From a virus (taxonomy: Duplodnaviria > Caudoviricetes), in the IMG/VR virus record IMGVR_UViG_3300027805_000015, positions 1 to 59,798 of that record: a stretch of 59,798 bases of DNA, one strand, 5' to 3'. The translations under genes were made by a program, and so were the position numbers. Below the pieces are notes generated by a model, which was not told the DNA's origin, searched no databases, and worked only from the letters and a program-made list of their open reading frames with translations. Positions 19,178 to 27,917 of this stretch are shown in pieces (the first letter of the stretch is position 1; every line of letters starts with the position of its first letter).

Positions 19178-19393
19178 ATGCCACTACCAACACCAAAAAA
19201 GAATCAAGAAGAGGATGATTTCATTGCCTCTTGCATGGGCTCAGAGACAATGAACAAAGAGTATCCAAATCAAAAGCAAAGAGCCGCAATTTGTTATTCT
19301 CAATACAAAAGAAAGAAGAAGAAGTCAGAAGGCTCAATGGACGAGAAAACAGAGTGGAAAGAAGAGGATGTTTCTAGAGTAATCATAGAGTAA
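19178..19393 (+). CDS. Small conserved phage protein
   Basis: MPLPTP...FIASCM...EYP...QRAAICYSQ, a motif familiar from phage proteins. Confidence 0.6.
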   Translation: MPLPTPKKNQEEDDFIASCMGSETMNKEYPNQKQRAAICYSQYKRKKKKSEGSMDEKTEWKEEDVSRVIIE

Positions 19394-19444
19394 TAAATAG
19401 TTTAAAAGATAAAGGGCGCATTTATCATCCTAAAACGATGATTT

Positions 19445-19897
19445 ATGCGCCTTAATTTTTATAAACCAAATAGATCGAATACAGGTACAGCCGTATCCTT
19501 TAATACGGTAGAAAAGAAGGAAGAAAAGGGTATAGATCTCTATGTCAGCTTTATCAAGCAAGCTGGCTGGAATGATCAAACAAAGAAAGGTTCTTTTAGC
19601 GAAAATGCAAAGAACCCAGAGAAGACCGCTTCTCTAAAGTTTAATGAAGCCGAGGCTGCGTCCATTATCCGAGCAGTCCGTCTTGGATCGAAGTTCTCAA
19701 CAGTTCACGCCTTTCAAGGCTCCACCACATCTATTATGTTTGGACCCTATCAAAAGAAAAATGGCGATGCCGCGCTTTCTTTCTCCATTAAAAAGGGCGA
19801 ACAGTCATTTCTTATTGGCTTTGAACTTGGAGAAGGCGAACTTATTGCCCAGTACCTAGAGAACTATCTCCGTAAGTCGTTCGACCTTTCTGAATGA
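19445..19897 (+). CDS. Putative ssDNA-binding protein (Whirly/PC4-like fold)
   Basis: Two beta-sheet plus helix units ending in KFNEAEAASII and GFELGEGELIA; resemblance judged by eye. Confidence 0.4.
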   Translation: MRLNFYKPNRSNTGTAVSFNTVEKKEEKGIDLYVSFIKQAGWNDQTKKGSFSENAKNPEKTASLKFNEAEAASIIRAVRLGSKFSTVHAFQGSTTSIMFGPYQKKNGDAALSFSIKKGEQSFLIGFELGEGELIAQYLENYLRKSFDLSE

Positions 19898-21795
19898 AAA
19901 AGACTGTAGTTTTCCATAGCAATCACAGCCGAATGTTTACAGGATTCGGTAAGAATGCTAAAAATGTTCTCAGGTATCTTTATAAAACTGGCAAGTATAA
20001 TATCATTGAATTTGCCAACTCAAAGACTAAGAACGCCGAAGATCTAAAGACGCTTCCTTGGCAGGCGTTTGGCACTCTTCCAGAGCAGGGGAAACTACAG
20101 GCTCTTGCCTCTGATCAAACAAAGATCAGAATGGCTAGTTATGGCGTAATTGAAATTGACGAACTTATCAAAGAGGCAAAGCCAGATTTTTATATTGGCA
20201 CAGAAGATATCTGGGCTCTTTCTCCTTTAGTAGAAAAGAAATGGTGGAATGAAAACTGCATGATCTGGACCACTCTTGATTCTTTGCCAATCTATCCAGA
20301 CGCTCTTAAAATTATACCCAAAGTAAAACATTATTATGCTTGGAGCGCTTTTGTCGAAAAGGAGGTCAAAAGACTTGGGCATCCAGAAGGTTCGATAAAG
20401 ACATTGAGAGGAGCAACAGAAACCTCATGCTTCTTTCGCCACAAAGATGAACAAAGAAAACTACTAAGAAAAGAGTTTGGCTTGACTGACGAGTTTATCA
20501 TTGGTTTTGTTTTTAGAAATCAGCTAAGAAAAAGCGTTCCAAATTTAATGCAGGGCTTTAAAATTTTTAAAGACAAAAACCCAAAGCTCAAACCAAAACT
20601 TCTTTTGCACACTCACTGGTCAGAAGGCTGGGACATTCAAAGATTGATTAAAGATAATGGACTTGAGAACTCTGATGTTCTTACCACTTACTTCTGTAAA
20701 AAATGTAGGCAGTACGATATTAAACCTTTTTGCGGCCAAAAAATCGCATGCAGGCTTTGTGACGGCAAAGACACAGTGGAGACGACAAATATCCACAATG
20801 GCGTAAGCGAAGAGCAGCTTAACGAAGTTTATAATTTGATGGACGTTTACTGCCATCCATTTACTAGTGGTGGGCAGGAAATTCCAGTAACAGAAGCAAA
20901 ACTTACAGAATTAATTACCCTCGTTACCAACTATTCTTGTGGAGAAGATTTTTGTACTGATGAAAGCGGGGGAATGCCCCTTTCTTGGAAACCGTATTAC
21001 GAACCCGGTACAAACTTTATTAAAGCAACTACACTGCCAGAATCCATTGCTGATAAATTAGAAAGAGTTGCTTTTATGCCAATTTCCAAACGTAATGAAA
21101 TTGGCAAAAGGGGAAGACAGTTCGTCTTGGACAATCTTTCTGCTGAAGTCATTGGCAAGCAAATAGAAAAAATTATAGACGAAGCGCCGCCTATTTCGTG
21201 GAATTATTCTTCATCTTTTGAGCTTCGAAACCCTAACTATGAGCCCCCGCAATCAAATGATGACACTAGTTGGATAATTGATTTGTATAAGAATATTCTC
21301 AAAACAAATGTTGACTCCGAAGACAGCGGCGTCAAAAGCTGGGTCAACCAAATAAAAAATGGCATCTCTAAAGAAAATATTTTAAATTATTTTAAGCAGA
21401 CAGCCATCAAAGAGAATCAAGAAAATACTAGAGTTGAGCTTTCAGATCTCTTGGATAAAGATGACAAAGGAAGAAGAATTTTATTCGCTATTCCGCAAAG
21501 CGCAGGAGATGTTTTTCTCTGTACCTCCCTGCTTCCATCAATTAAAAAAATCTATCCAAATTATAACATATACTTTTCTACAAAGCCAGAATTTTTTGAA
21601 ATTCTTGATTGCAATCCATACATTCACAAAAAGATAGTCTTCAGTCCGTTTATGGAAAATCTTTTGACTATGGAGGGCCATGCTGGTGGAGAGGGGTATT
21701 TTGACATCGCTTTCCTTCCGCACGTAGGAACTCAAAAAGTTTTTGATTATCAACATAACGGCAAAGATATTATCCAATTCGATACAAAAGCTTAA
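19894..21795 (+). CDS. GT4-like glycosyltransferase with Zn ribbon, DUF4214-like segment and C-terminal GT9 N-domain
   Basis: TGFGKN, RNQLRK, CKKC...CRLC, YNLMDVYCHPFTSGGQEIPVTEA; C-terminal SAGDVFLCTSLLPSIKKIYP...NPYI. Confidence 0.78.
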   Translation: MKKTVVFHSNHSRMFTGFGKNAKNVLRYLYKTGKYNIIEFANSKTKNAEDLKTLPWQAFGTLPEQGKLQALASDQTKIRMASYGVIEIDELIKEAKPDFYIGTEDIWALSPLVEKKWWNENCMIWTTLDSLPIYPDALKIIPKVKHYYAWSAFVEKEVKRLGHPEGSIKTLRGATETSCFFRHKDEQRKLLRKEFGLTDEFIIGFVFRNQLRKSVPNLMQGFKIFKDKNPKLKPKLLLHTHWSEGWDIQRLIKDNGLENSDVLTTYFCKKCRQYDIKPFCGQKIACRLCDGKDTVETTNIHNGVSEEQLNEVYNLMDVYCHPFTSGGQEIPVTEAKLTELITLVTNYSCGEDFCTDESGGMPLSWKPYYEPGTNFIKATTLPESIADKLERVAFMPISKRNEIGKRGRQFVLDNLSAEVIGKQIEKIIDEAPPISWNYSSSFELRNPNYEPPQSNDDTSWIIDLYKNILKTNVDSEDSGVKSWVNQIKNGISKENILNYFKQTAIKENQENTRVELSDLLDKDDKGRRILFAIPQSAGDVFLCTSLLPSIKKIYPNYNIYFSTKPEFFEILDCNPYIHKKIVFSPFMENLLTMEGHAGGEGYFDIAFLPHVGTQKVFDYQHNGKDIIQFDTKA

Positions 21796-21796
21796 T

Positions 21797-22999
21797 ATGC
21801 ATATTTTAGATAGATACGCTTTGTCCTGTGGGGTTAAAATAGATAAGCCGTTTATAAATTTGCAGTATTATCCAATAACTTTGGATAAATACGTAGCATT
21901 TCAAACCAGCGGCAAAGGCAACTCTCGCCAGTATGATTACTGGCACAAGGTATTTTCTTTCATAAAAGAGTATGCCCCAGAATATAAAATTGTTCATGTT
22001 GGAGTGCCTAGCGATCAATCAGTTTATGGAGTTGATCTTGACTTGAGGGGCAAAACTTCAATCAATCAATTAGCGTATATTATTAAAAATTCATCTATCT
22101 ATCTTGGTGTAGATAGTCTTTCTGTTCATTTGGCTAGCGCATATAACAAAAAAATTGTTGCGCTGTACTCTTATTGCTACGCTCAAAATTGTAGTCCAGT
22201 TTGGGGAGATAAAAAAGATCATTCACTTTTGGAGGTTGACTGGACTAAATATGGCAAGCCTTCGTTTTCGCTAAACGAAACCGATAAAAAAATCAACAAA
22301 ATTAATCCAGAGATTATTGCCAAAGAAGTCTTGGATAAATTAGAAATCCCAAATGATCTTGACAAGATTCATACGATCCACATTGGCAAATCGTTTCATA
22401 ATCCAACAATTGAAATTATTCCAGATGACGGACCAGTTCCCACTCTTGTAAAAGAAAAAATTTGCAATGTAAGACTTGATTATCTATTTAACGAGAAGAA
22501 GCTTTTGCAGCTAGCTTCAGTTTGTTTTTTGAATATCATTTCAAATAAAATGATCGATTTGAATGTTTTAAGTACAATTAAATCAAAAATTTCTGGGATT
22601 ACTTTGATAGTAGATCAATCGTTTGATTTAATTTATCTTAAATCTCTAAGAGATCTTGGAGTTAAATTAACTTTGACGGCTCCAAATGACGCCAACTGGA
22701 GCAGTTTGGCCGAAAGATTCTTTGACTTTGGTCTGGAAAAGGAAGAGGTCGTTACAAAAGAAAGCGTGAAAGGTTCAGATAAATTGGATGAACAGTGGAT
22801 TTTTTCATCAGAAAAAATTATAATTTCAAATGGAAAAATCTTTGCCAGCAAAGCAAGTTGGAAAAATAACCAACCAAAGCTTGACAAGTTCTCAAAAGTC
22901 GTAGACACTCCTGACTTCTGGGAAGAATCAGAACACTTTCACATATTAAAAGATGAACGACCAAACTGGAACAGTACAAAAGCCACACTCTCTCCGTGA
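21797..22999 (+). CDS. GT9 (heptosyltransferase-like) C-terminal domain protein
   Basis: DLRGKTSINQLAYIIKNSSIYLGVDSLSVHLASAYNKKIVALY. Confidence 0.75.
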   Translation: MHILDRYALSCGVKIDKPFINLQYYPITLDKYVAFQTSGKGNSRQYDYWHKVFSFIKEYAPEYKIVHVGVPSDQSVYGVDLDLRGKTSINQLAYIIKNSSIYLGVDSLSVHLASAYNKKIVALYSYCYAQNCSPVWGDKKDHSLLEVDWTKYGKPSFSLNETDKKINKINPEIIAKEVLDKLEIPNDLDKIHTIHIGKSFHNPTIEIIPDDGPVPTLVKEKICNVRLDYLFNEKKLLQLASVCFLNIISNKMIDLNVLSTIKSKISGITLIVDQSFDLIYLKSLRDLGVKLTLTAPNDANWSSLAERFFDFGLEKEEVVTKESVKGSDKLDEQWIFSSEKIIISNGKIFASKASWKNNQPKLDKFSKVVDTPDFWEESEHFHILKDERPNWNSTKATLSP

Positions 23000-23726
23000 C
23001 GAGAAGGGTTTAATCAAAAACGTTAATTATATTTTTAAAAAGGACGGGACCGTAGATTGGCGTGCAATGGTCAATCCAGCCCACCTTTACCCAAACAAAG
23101 ACTGGTTTGCCCGTAGAAATATGGCGGTACCAGAAACTTCTGATGGTCTCCGAGATGACCAGCTTTTGATTAAGCTGGCTGGAATTAAAGAGGTGGCAAA
23201 GCTTCGCGGATTCAATAGGGTAAGCTTTAACTTTCCAAAGCTTGAAAATGATTATGTCGTGGCAACTTGCCAAGTTGATTGGATCGAGAATTTTGAAACA
23301 TCGTTTGATCCAAATGCATTCAATATGATCGCTTCAATGGATGTGGCAAATGCTACATTTGAAAATACCGATGGATTTGGTCAAAAATTTCTAGAGACAA
23401 TCGCCGCGAATCGAGCTTTTGTTCGCACGGTTCGCAATTACCTTAGCATTCATATCGTTGGCGAAGATGAGATCGCCAAAGGAAATGGAGCCAAGATGTC
23501 TGCTGCTAGCGAAGGCTCTGCGGATGTTTCGCCTCAAGGTATTCTTTCCAAGAAGTTCGCTGATTCTTCCCATTGCCACTCTGGAGCAGAATGGCCTGAC
23601 TTCAAGGAGTGGCTTAGAGAGCTTTGGAAGTCAGAAACCTACAGAAACGAAGAGGCTAAAAATTGGAAGTCTTGGACTGATATTCCCGCAAAAGATGCTC
23701 GTACTCTACTGAAGTTTGTAAAGTAA
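22953..23726 (+). CDS. Putative Rad52-like single-strand annealing protein
   Basis: IKLAGIKEVA...ATCQV...ANAT...ETIAANRAFVRTVRNYLSI resembles the 'AETRAxxRALR' SSAP motif. Confidence 0.45.
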   Translation: MNDQTGTVQKPHSLRDEKGLIKNVNYIFKKDGTVDWRAMVNPAHLYPNKDWFARRNMAVPETSDGLRDDQLLIKLAGIKEVAKLRGFNRVSFNFPKLENDYVVATCQVDWIENFETSFDPNAFNMIASMDVANATFENTDGFGQKFLETIAANRAFVRTVRNYLSIHIVGEDEIAKGNGAKMSAASEGSADVSPQGILSKKFADSSHCHSGAEWPDFKEWLRELWKSETYRNEEAKNWKSWTDIPAKDARTLLKFVK

Positions 23727-23730
23727 ACTT

Positions 23731-24204
23731 ATGACCAGAAGAATTACTAGCGGATCTGAGCTTCGTAAGATCTTGGACGAAATGGAAAATGGAGGCTTGG
23801 TAGAAAAGCTTCGCGCTAAACAAAAGCATGTAGCTGGAGACTGGGATATTAAACATTTAAAAGATCAGTTAATCCAGCTTGTTTTAGTTTTTAAACAAAA
23901 TGCAGTTGTTTTTGTTCACTTTGAGAATAACAAAAAGCCGGTATCTATTTTTGCTGGAATGGTTACAGAAGATTGGGCCTGCGGCAAATTGGGTCTTAAT
24001 GAAATTCTCTGGGTCAGTATTGACAAAACTAGACTTGGTGGGGTAAAAGTTCTTCAAGCCGTTGAAAGCGTAATCAAAGAATTAAATATAGATTTTCTAT
24101 CTTCTAATTATATTTGCAACGGTGGAGATCCAAGAGTGCAAGCTTTTTATTTAAATAATGGGTTCAGATTGGATACACTTACTTTTGTAAAGAATTACAA
24201 ATAA
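23731..24204 (+). CDS. GNAT-fold acetyltransferase-like protein
   Basis: EILWV...RLGGVKVL...FYLNNGF. Confidence 0.55.
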   Translation: MTRRITSGSELRKILDEMENGGLVEKLRAKQKHVAGDWDIKHLKDQLIQLVLVFKQNAVVFVHFENNKKPVSIFAGMVTEDWACGKLGLNEILWVSIDKTRLGGVKVLQAVESVIKELNIDFLSSNYICNGGDPRVQAFYLNNGFRLDTLTFVKNYK

Positions 24205-24230
24205 TTCCTAACCCAATTTTTTTACTTTTT

Positions 24231-24258
24231 AGGCTTTACTAAAACTGTAAAGCCTTTT
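24231..24258 (+). terminator. Hairpin upstream of nrdA (terminator or regulatory)
   Basis: AGGCTTTAC-7-GTAAAGCCT followed by a short T-run. Confidence 0.45.
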
Positions 24259-24274
24259 ACCTTATTTTACTTTT

Positions 24275-26569
24275 ATGAAAAAAACAATGTCTGTTAAGAA
24301 GAGAAGCGGAGAAGTCGTAAAGTTCGATGCTGATAAGATTAATAAAGTCTTAGCTTGGGCTTGCGAAGACATTCCAGATACCTCTTTTGAGGAGGTTGCG
24401 ATGAACGCTAACCTTTCATTCTTTGACGGTATTTCTTCTAAGGATATTCACAATACCCTTATTGAAGCTGCCGCAGGATTAATCTCTGAGGAAAAGCCTC
24501 AGTATCAATACGTTGCGTCTAAACTTCTTAACTTTCAGCTTAGAAAGGAAGTTTGGGGAGGCAAGAACGCCCCAAAGCTCATTGATTTTGTCAAGGAGAA
24601 TATCAAGCTAAAGGTTTACGATCCAGATATTTTAAATTGGTATGACGAGCGCGAATTTCACAAGCTCGATGAGTTCCTGCGCCATAACAATGATTTTAAT
24701 TTCACCTATGCTGGTATTAAGCAGCTTTGTGAGAAATATCTGGTTCAGAACAGAACCACAAAGAAAATCTACGAAACCCCGCAGTTCGCTTATATGCTTA
24801 TTGCTATGACGTTCTTCAAGAGCTATAAGAACGACAGAATCAATTATATTAAAAAGGCTTATAACTACTTCAGCCAGCACAAAATCAATTTGCCAACTCC
24901 AATCATGGCAGGCGTCCGCACAACGCTGAAGTCATATGCGTCTTGTGCCTTGTTTACTGTAGATGATGCTCTTGGCTCAATCTTTGCAAACAATAGCGCG
25001 ATTGGCTTCGCTACTGGAAGCCGCTATGGCATTGGCATTAATGCTAGCCGTATTCGCGCCGTCAATAGCCCAGTAAAGGGAGGAATGGTCAGTCATACCG
25101 GCCCAGTACCATTTTTGAAGATGTTTGAGTCTACGGTAAAAAGCTGCCATCAAAATGGAATCCGAGGCGGATCTGCAACTGTTAACGTAGCTTGGTTCCA
25201 TCATGATATCGAAGACATTCTTGTTCTAAAGAATAATGCTGGCACAGACGACAATCGGGTTCGCAAGCTGGATTACTGCATTGGTTTTGATCGCCTGTTC
25301 TATGATCGCGCAATGTCAAACAAAAATGTCACTCTGTTTTCATATCACGAAGTTCCTGAGCTTTGGAATAATTTCGGAATGCCAGAGTTCAAGGAGCTTT
25401 ACGAAGCCGCAGAGAACAATCCTAAGATCAAGTTCAAAAAGACTGTAAACGCCAGAGAGCTTCTGTTCCTTTTCTCAAAGGAGCGTGTAGAGACTGGGCG
25501 TATTTACGCGATGAATGTAGACCATGCAAACTCTCATGGCGCTTGGCTAGAACAAGTCGATACATCGAATCTTTGCCTTGAAGTAAATCATCCCTTGAAG
25601 GCAATCAATGATGTTAATGATCCAAATGGCGAAATCGGCGTCTGCATTCTTTCTGCCGTTAATCTAGTAGAAGTTTCAGAAAACGAAATGGAATCAGTCT
25701 GCGATGTCATCGTGAGAATGCTTGACGAGCTTATTGATCACCAAGATTATTTCGTTCCTGCCGCAGCAAACTTCGCAAAGAATCGCCGCAGTCTTGGCGT
25801 TGGCGTAACAAACCTCGCTGCTTACTTTGCCAAGAATAAGATTAAATATTTTGATAAGCAAGCGCCAAATAAGGCCGCCGCCATAATGGAGCTTGTCAGC
25901 TATAATCTTATCAAGGCTTCCATTGGTTTGGCAAAAGAAAAAGGCACTTGCGCTAAATTTAATCTAACTAAATATTCAAAGGGTATCCTCCCTATTGACA
26001 ACTACTGCAAGAGTGTCGATGAATTTGTGAAGGAAAAGCTTCATTGTGATTGGGAGGCTCTTCGTCAAGATATCAAGCAATACGGAATGCGCCATAGCAC
26101 TCTGACCGCTTTGATGCCCGTAGAGTCAAGCTCTGTGATTCAATCATCGACTAACGGCATTGAGCCTCCACGCTCTCTTATCTCCTTCAAGAGATCAAAG
26201 GCTGGCGTAATGCCCGTTGTTGTCCCCGCTATCGATAAGCACAAGGATGACTATACTTTGGCATTTGAAATGCCCACCAACGAAGGGTATCTCAAGGTAG
26301 TCGCCGCTCTTCAGAAATTCGTTGACATGAGCATCTCAACGAATCTTTATTACAATACTACCAGATATCCAAACAAAATTCCTCCTCAGACCGAGCTTGT
26401 AAAGGATATTCTGCTTGCTTATAAGTACGGGATCAAGAATCTCTATTACACAAATACGTTTGATGGGGACACTCAGACAGTTCTGCACACCAAAAAAGAA
26501 GTACAACAACCACAATCAGAACCGCAAGAAGAAACCGAAGGATGTGCCGGTGGAGCTTGCACATTATAA
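24275..26569 (+). CDS. nrdA: Ribonucleotide reductase class Ia alpha subunit with ATP cone
   Basis: VKKRSG ATP cone, PTPIM, ASC, QNGIRGG, SNLCLE, CILSA, NGIEP, LYY, C-terminal CAGGAC. Confidence 0.96.
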   Translation: MKKTMSVKKRSGEVVKFDADKINKVLAWACEDIPDTSFEEVAMNANLSFFDGISSKDIHNTLIEAAAGLISEEKPQYQYVASKLLNFQLRKEVWGGKNAPKLIDFVKENIKLKVYDPDILNWYDEREFHKLDEFLRHNNDFNFTYAGIKQLCEKYLVQNRTTKKIYETPQFAYMLIAMTFFKSYKNDRINYIKKAYNYFSQHKINLPTPIMAGVRTTLKSYASCALFTVDDALGSIFANNSAIGFATGSRYGIGINASRIRAVNSPVKGGMVSHTGPVPFLKMFESTVKSCHQNGIRGGSATVNVAWFHHDIEDILVLKNNAGTDDNRVRKLDYCIGFDRLFYDRAMSNKNVTLFSYHEVPELWNNFGMPEFKELYEAAENNPKIKFKKTVNARELLFLFSKERVETGRIYAMNVDHANSHGAWLEQVDTSNLCLEVNHPLKAINDVNDPNGEIGVCILSAVNLVEVSENEMESVCDVIVRMLDELIDHQDYFVPAAANFAKNRRSLGVGVTNLAAYFAKNKIKYFDKQAPNKAAAIMELVSYNLIKASIGLAKEKGTCAKFNLTKYSKGILPIDNYCKSVDEFVKEKLHCDWEALRQDIKQYGMRHSTLTALMPVESSSVIQSSTNGIEPPRSLISFKRSKAGVMPVVVPAIDKHKDDYTLAFEMPTNEGYLKVVAALQKFVDMSISTNLYYNTTRYPNKIPPQTELVKDILLAYKYGIKNLYYTNTFDGDTQTVLHTKKEVQQPQSEPQEETEGCAGGACTL

Positions 26570-26571
26570 AC

Positions 26572-26856
26572 ATGAACTTTAATAATCTATCAAAAATAAG
26601 CATAGCGACAAAACGCCAATGGCTTATAAAAAAAGGATATAAGTCTGCTATTACTGCCGACAATGATTATATTAATAAACTTTTTGAACTTTATGTTCCT
26701 ACATGGGCTTTAGAAGCAGAAAAGTTTAAAAAGCAAAATAAGAAAAATAAAAATAAATATTCTGGAGCTTCTCCTAAAGAATGGGCCTCATGGGGAGGGA
26801 CAAATAGACCACATCACTCAGGTGGACGAAAGCGCAATACCAGAAACTATATCTAA
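26572..26856 (+). CDS. Basic hypothetical protein between nrdA and nrdB
   Basis: AT-rich ORF filling the intergenic gap; no recognisable nuclease motif. Confidence 0.5.
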   Translation: MNFNNLSKISIATKRQWLIKKGYKSAITADNDYINKLFELYVPTWALEAEKFKKQNKKNKNKYSGASPKEWASWGGTNRPHHSGGRKRNTRNYI

Positions 26857-26861
26857 TAAAA

Positions 26862-27917
26862 ATGAAAACTGTTCTTAACACCGTTAATCTAGATTCGCTC
26901 AAGCAGCCGCTTTTCCTCGGAGAAGACTTGGCTATCCAGCGATATGATCGCCTCAAGTATCCTAAGTTTTACGAACTGTACGACCAGCAGATTAATTTTT
27001 TCTGGCGTCCACAAGAGGTGAATCTTACAAAGGATGCCGCCGATTACAAAACCCTTTCTCCAGAAGAGAAGTTCGTGTTTGATAGTAACTTGCGATTCCA
27101 AACAATGACAGACTCAATGCTGTCTCGCAGCATTAATTCGCTCTCGGATTACGTAAGTAACCCAGAGCTTGAGATCTGCATGAATGTTTGGTCTTTCTTT
27201 GAAACTATCCATAGCAACAGCTACACATACATTCTACAGAACATTCATCCAGACGCTACCAAATTTTTTGATTCGATCTTGGAAGATAAGGAAATTGTAA
27301 AGAGGGCTCAAGCTATCTCTAGCCGTTATGACGCCCTACTTAACACAAAGAGTGATGATCCAAAGCAGCAGATATTTGAGGCTCTTCTTGCAACCCAGAT
27401 TACTGAGGGTGTAACCTTCTATGTTTCCTTTGCCTGCTCCTTCTACTTTGGGTATCGCGGGAAGATGGAGGGCAACGCTAAGATCATTAACCTTATCTCC
27501 CGTGACGAAAATCTTCACGTTGCTATCACTCAAAACATCCTAAAAGCTCTTCGTGACCAACCAAAGGAAGGCTTCCAAGACATTATCAAAAAGAACGAAG
27601 ATAAGATCTATGAAGCTTATAGAATGGCTGTTGAGTCCGAAAAGGAATGGGCTGATTATCTTTTCTCAAAGGGTAGTCTAATTGGTCTCACTGCTGATTC
27701 TTTGAAGCGTTACGTTGAATGGCTTGCTGATAATAGACTTACTTCAATGGGTTATAAAAAGATTTATAATGTCAAGGGTAACCCCCTTGCTGGCTGGCTA
27801 GACAGCTTCTACGACAGCAAAAAGATCCAAGTAGCCCCTCAAGAGACAGAAATCTCTTCTTATGTCAAAGGCGTTGACAATAAGATTGATGAATCTGTCT
27901 TTGATATGAAGTTCTAA
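26862..27917 (+). CDS. nrdB: Ribonucleotide reductase class Ia beta subunit
   Basis: FFWRPQEV, ETIHSNSY, EGVTFYVSFA, RDENLH, VAPQETEISSY. Confidence 0.96.
   Translation: MKTVLNTVNLDSLKQPLFLGEDLAIQRYDRLKYPKFYELYDQQINFFWRPQEVNLTKDAADYKTLSPEEKFVFDSNLRFQTMTDSMLSRSINSLSDYVSNPELEICMNVWSFFETIHSNSYTYILQNIHPDATKFFDSILEDKEIVKRAQAISSRYDALLNTKSDDPKQQIFEALLATQITEGVTFYVSFACSFYFGYRGKMEGNAKIINLISRDENLHVAITQNILKALRDQPKEGFQDIIKKNEDKIYEAYRMAVESEKEWADYLFSKGSLIGLTADSLKRYVEWLADNRLTSMGYKKIYNVKGNPLAGWLDSFYDSKKIQVAPQETEISSYVKGVDNKIDESVFDMKF

Noticed and set aside
3992-22890. Other TTGACA hits inside genes (e.g. 3993, 4281, 6801, 11833, 22881)
   Set aside because: They lie within coding sequence without the 34-35 nt spacing to a start codon, so I cannot support them as promoters.
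26572-26856. Homing endonuclease or intron between nrdA and nrdB
   Set aside because: No HNH or GIY-YIG motif; both nrd genes are full-length and uninterrupted.
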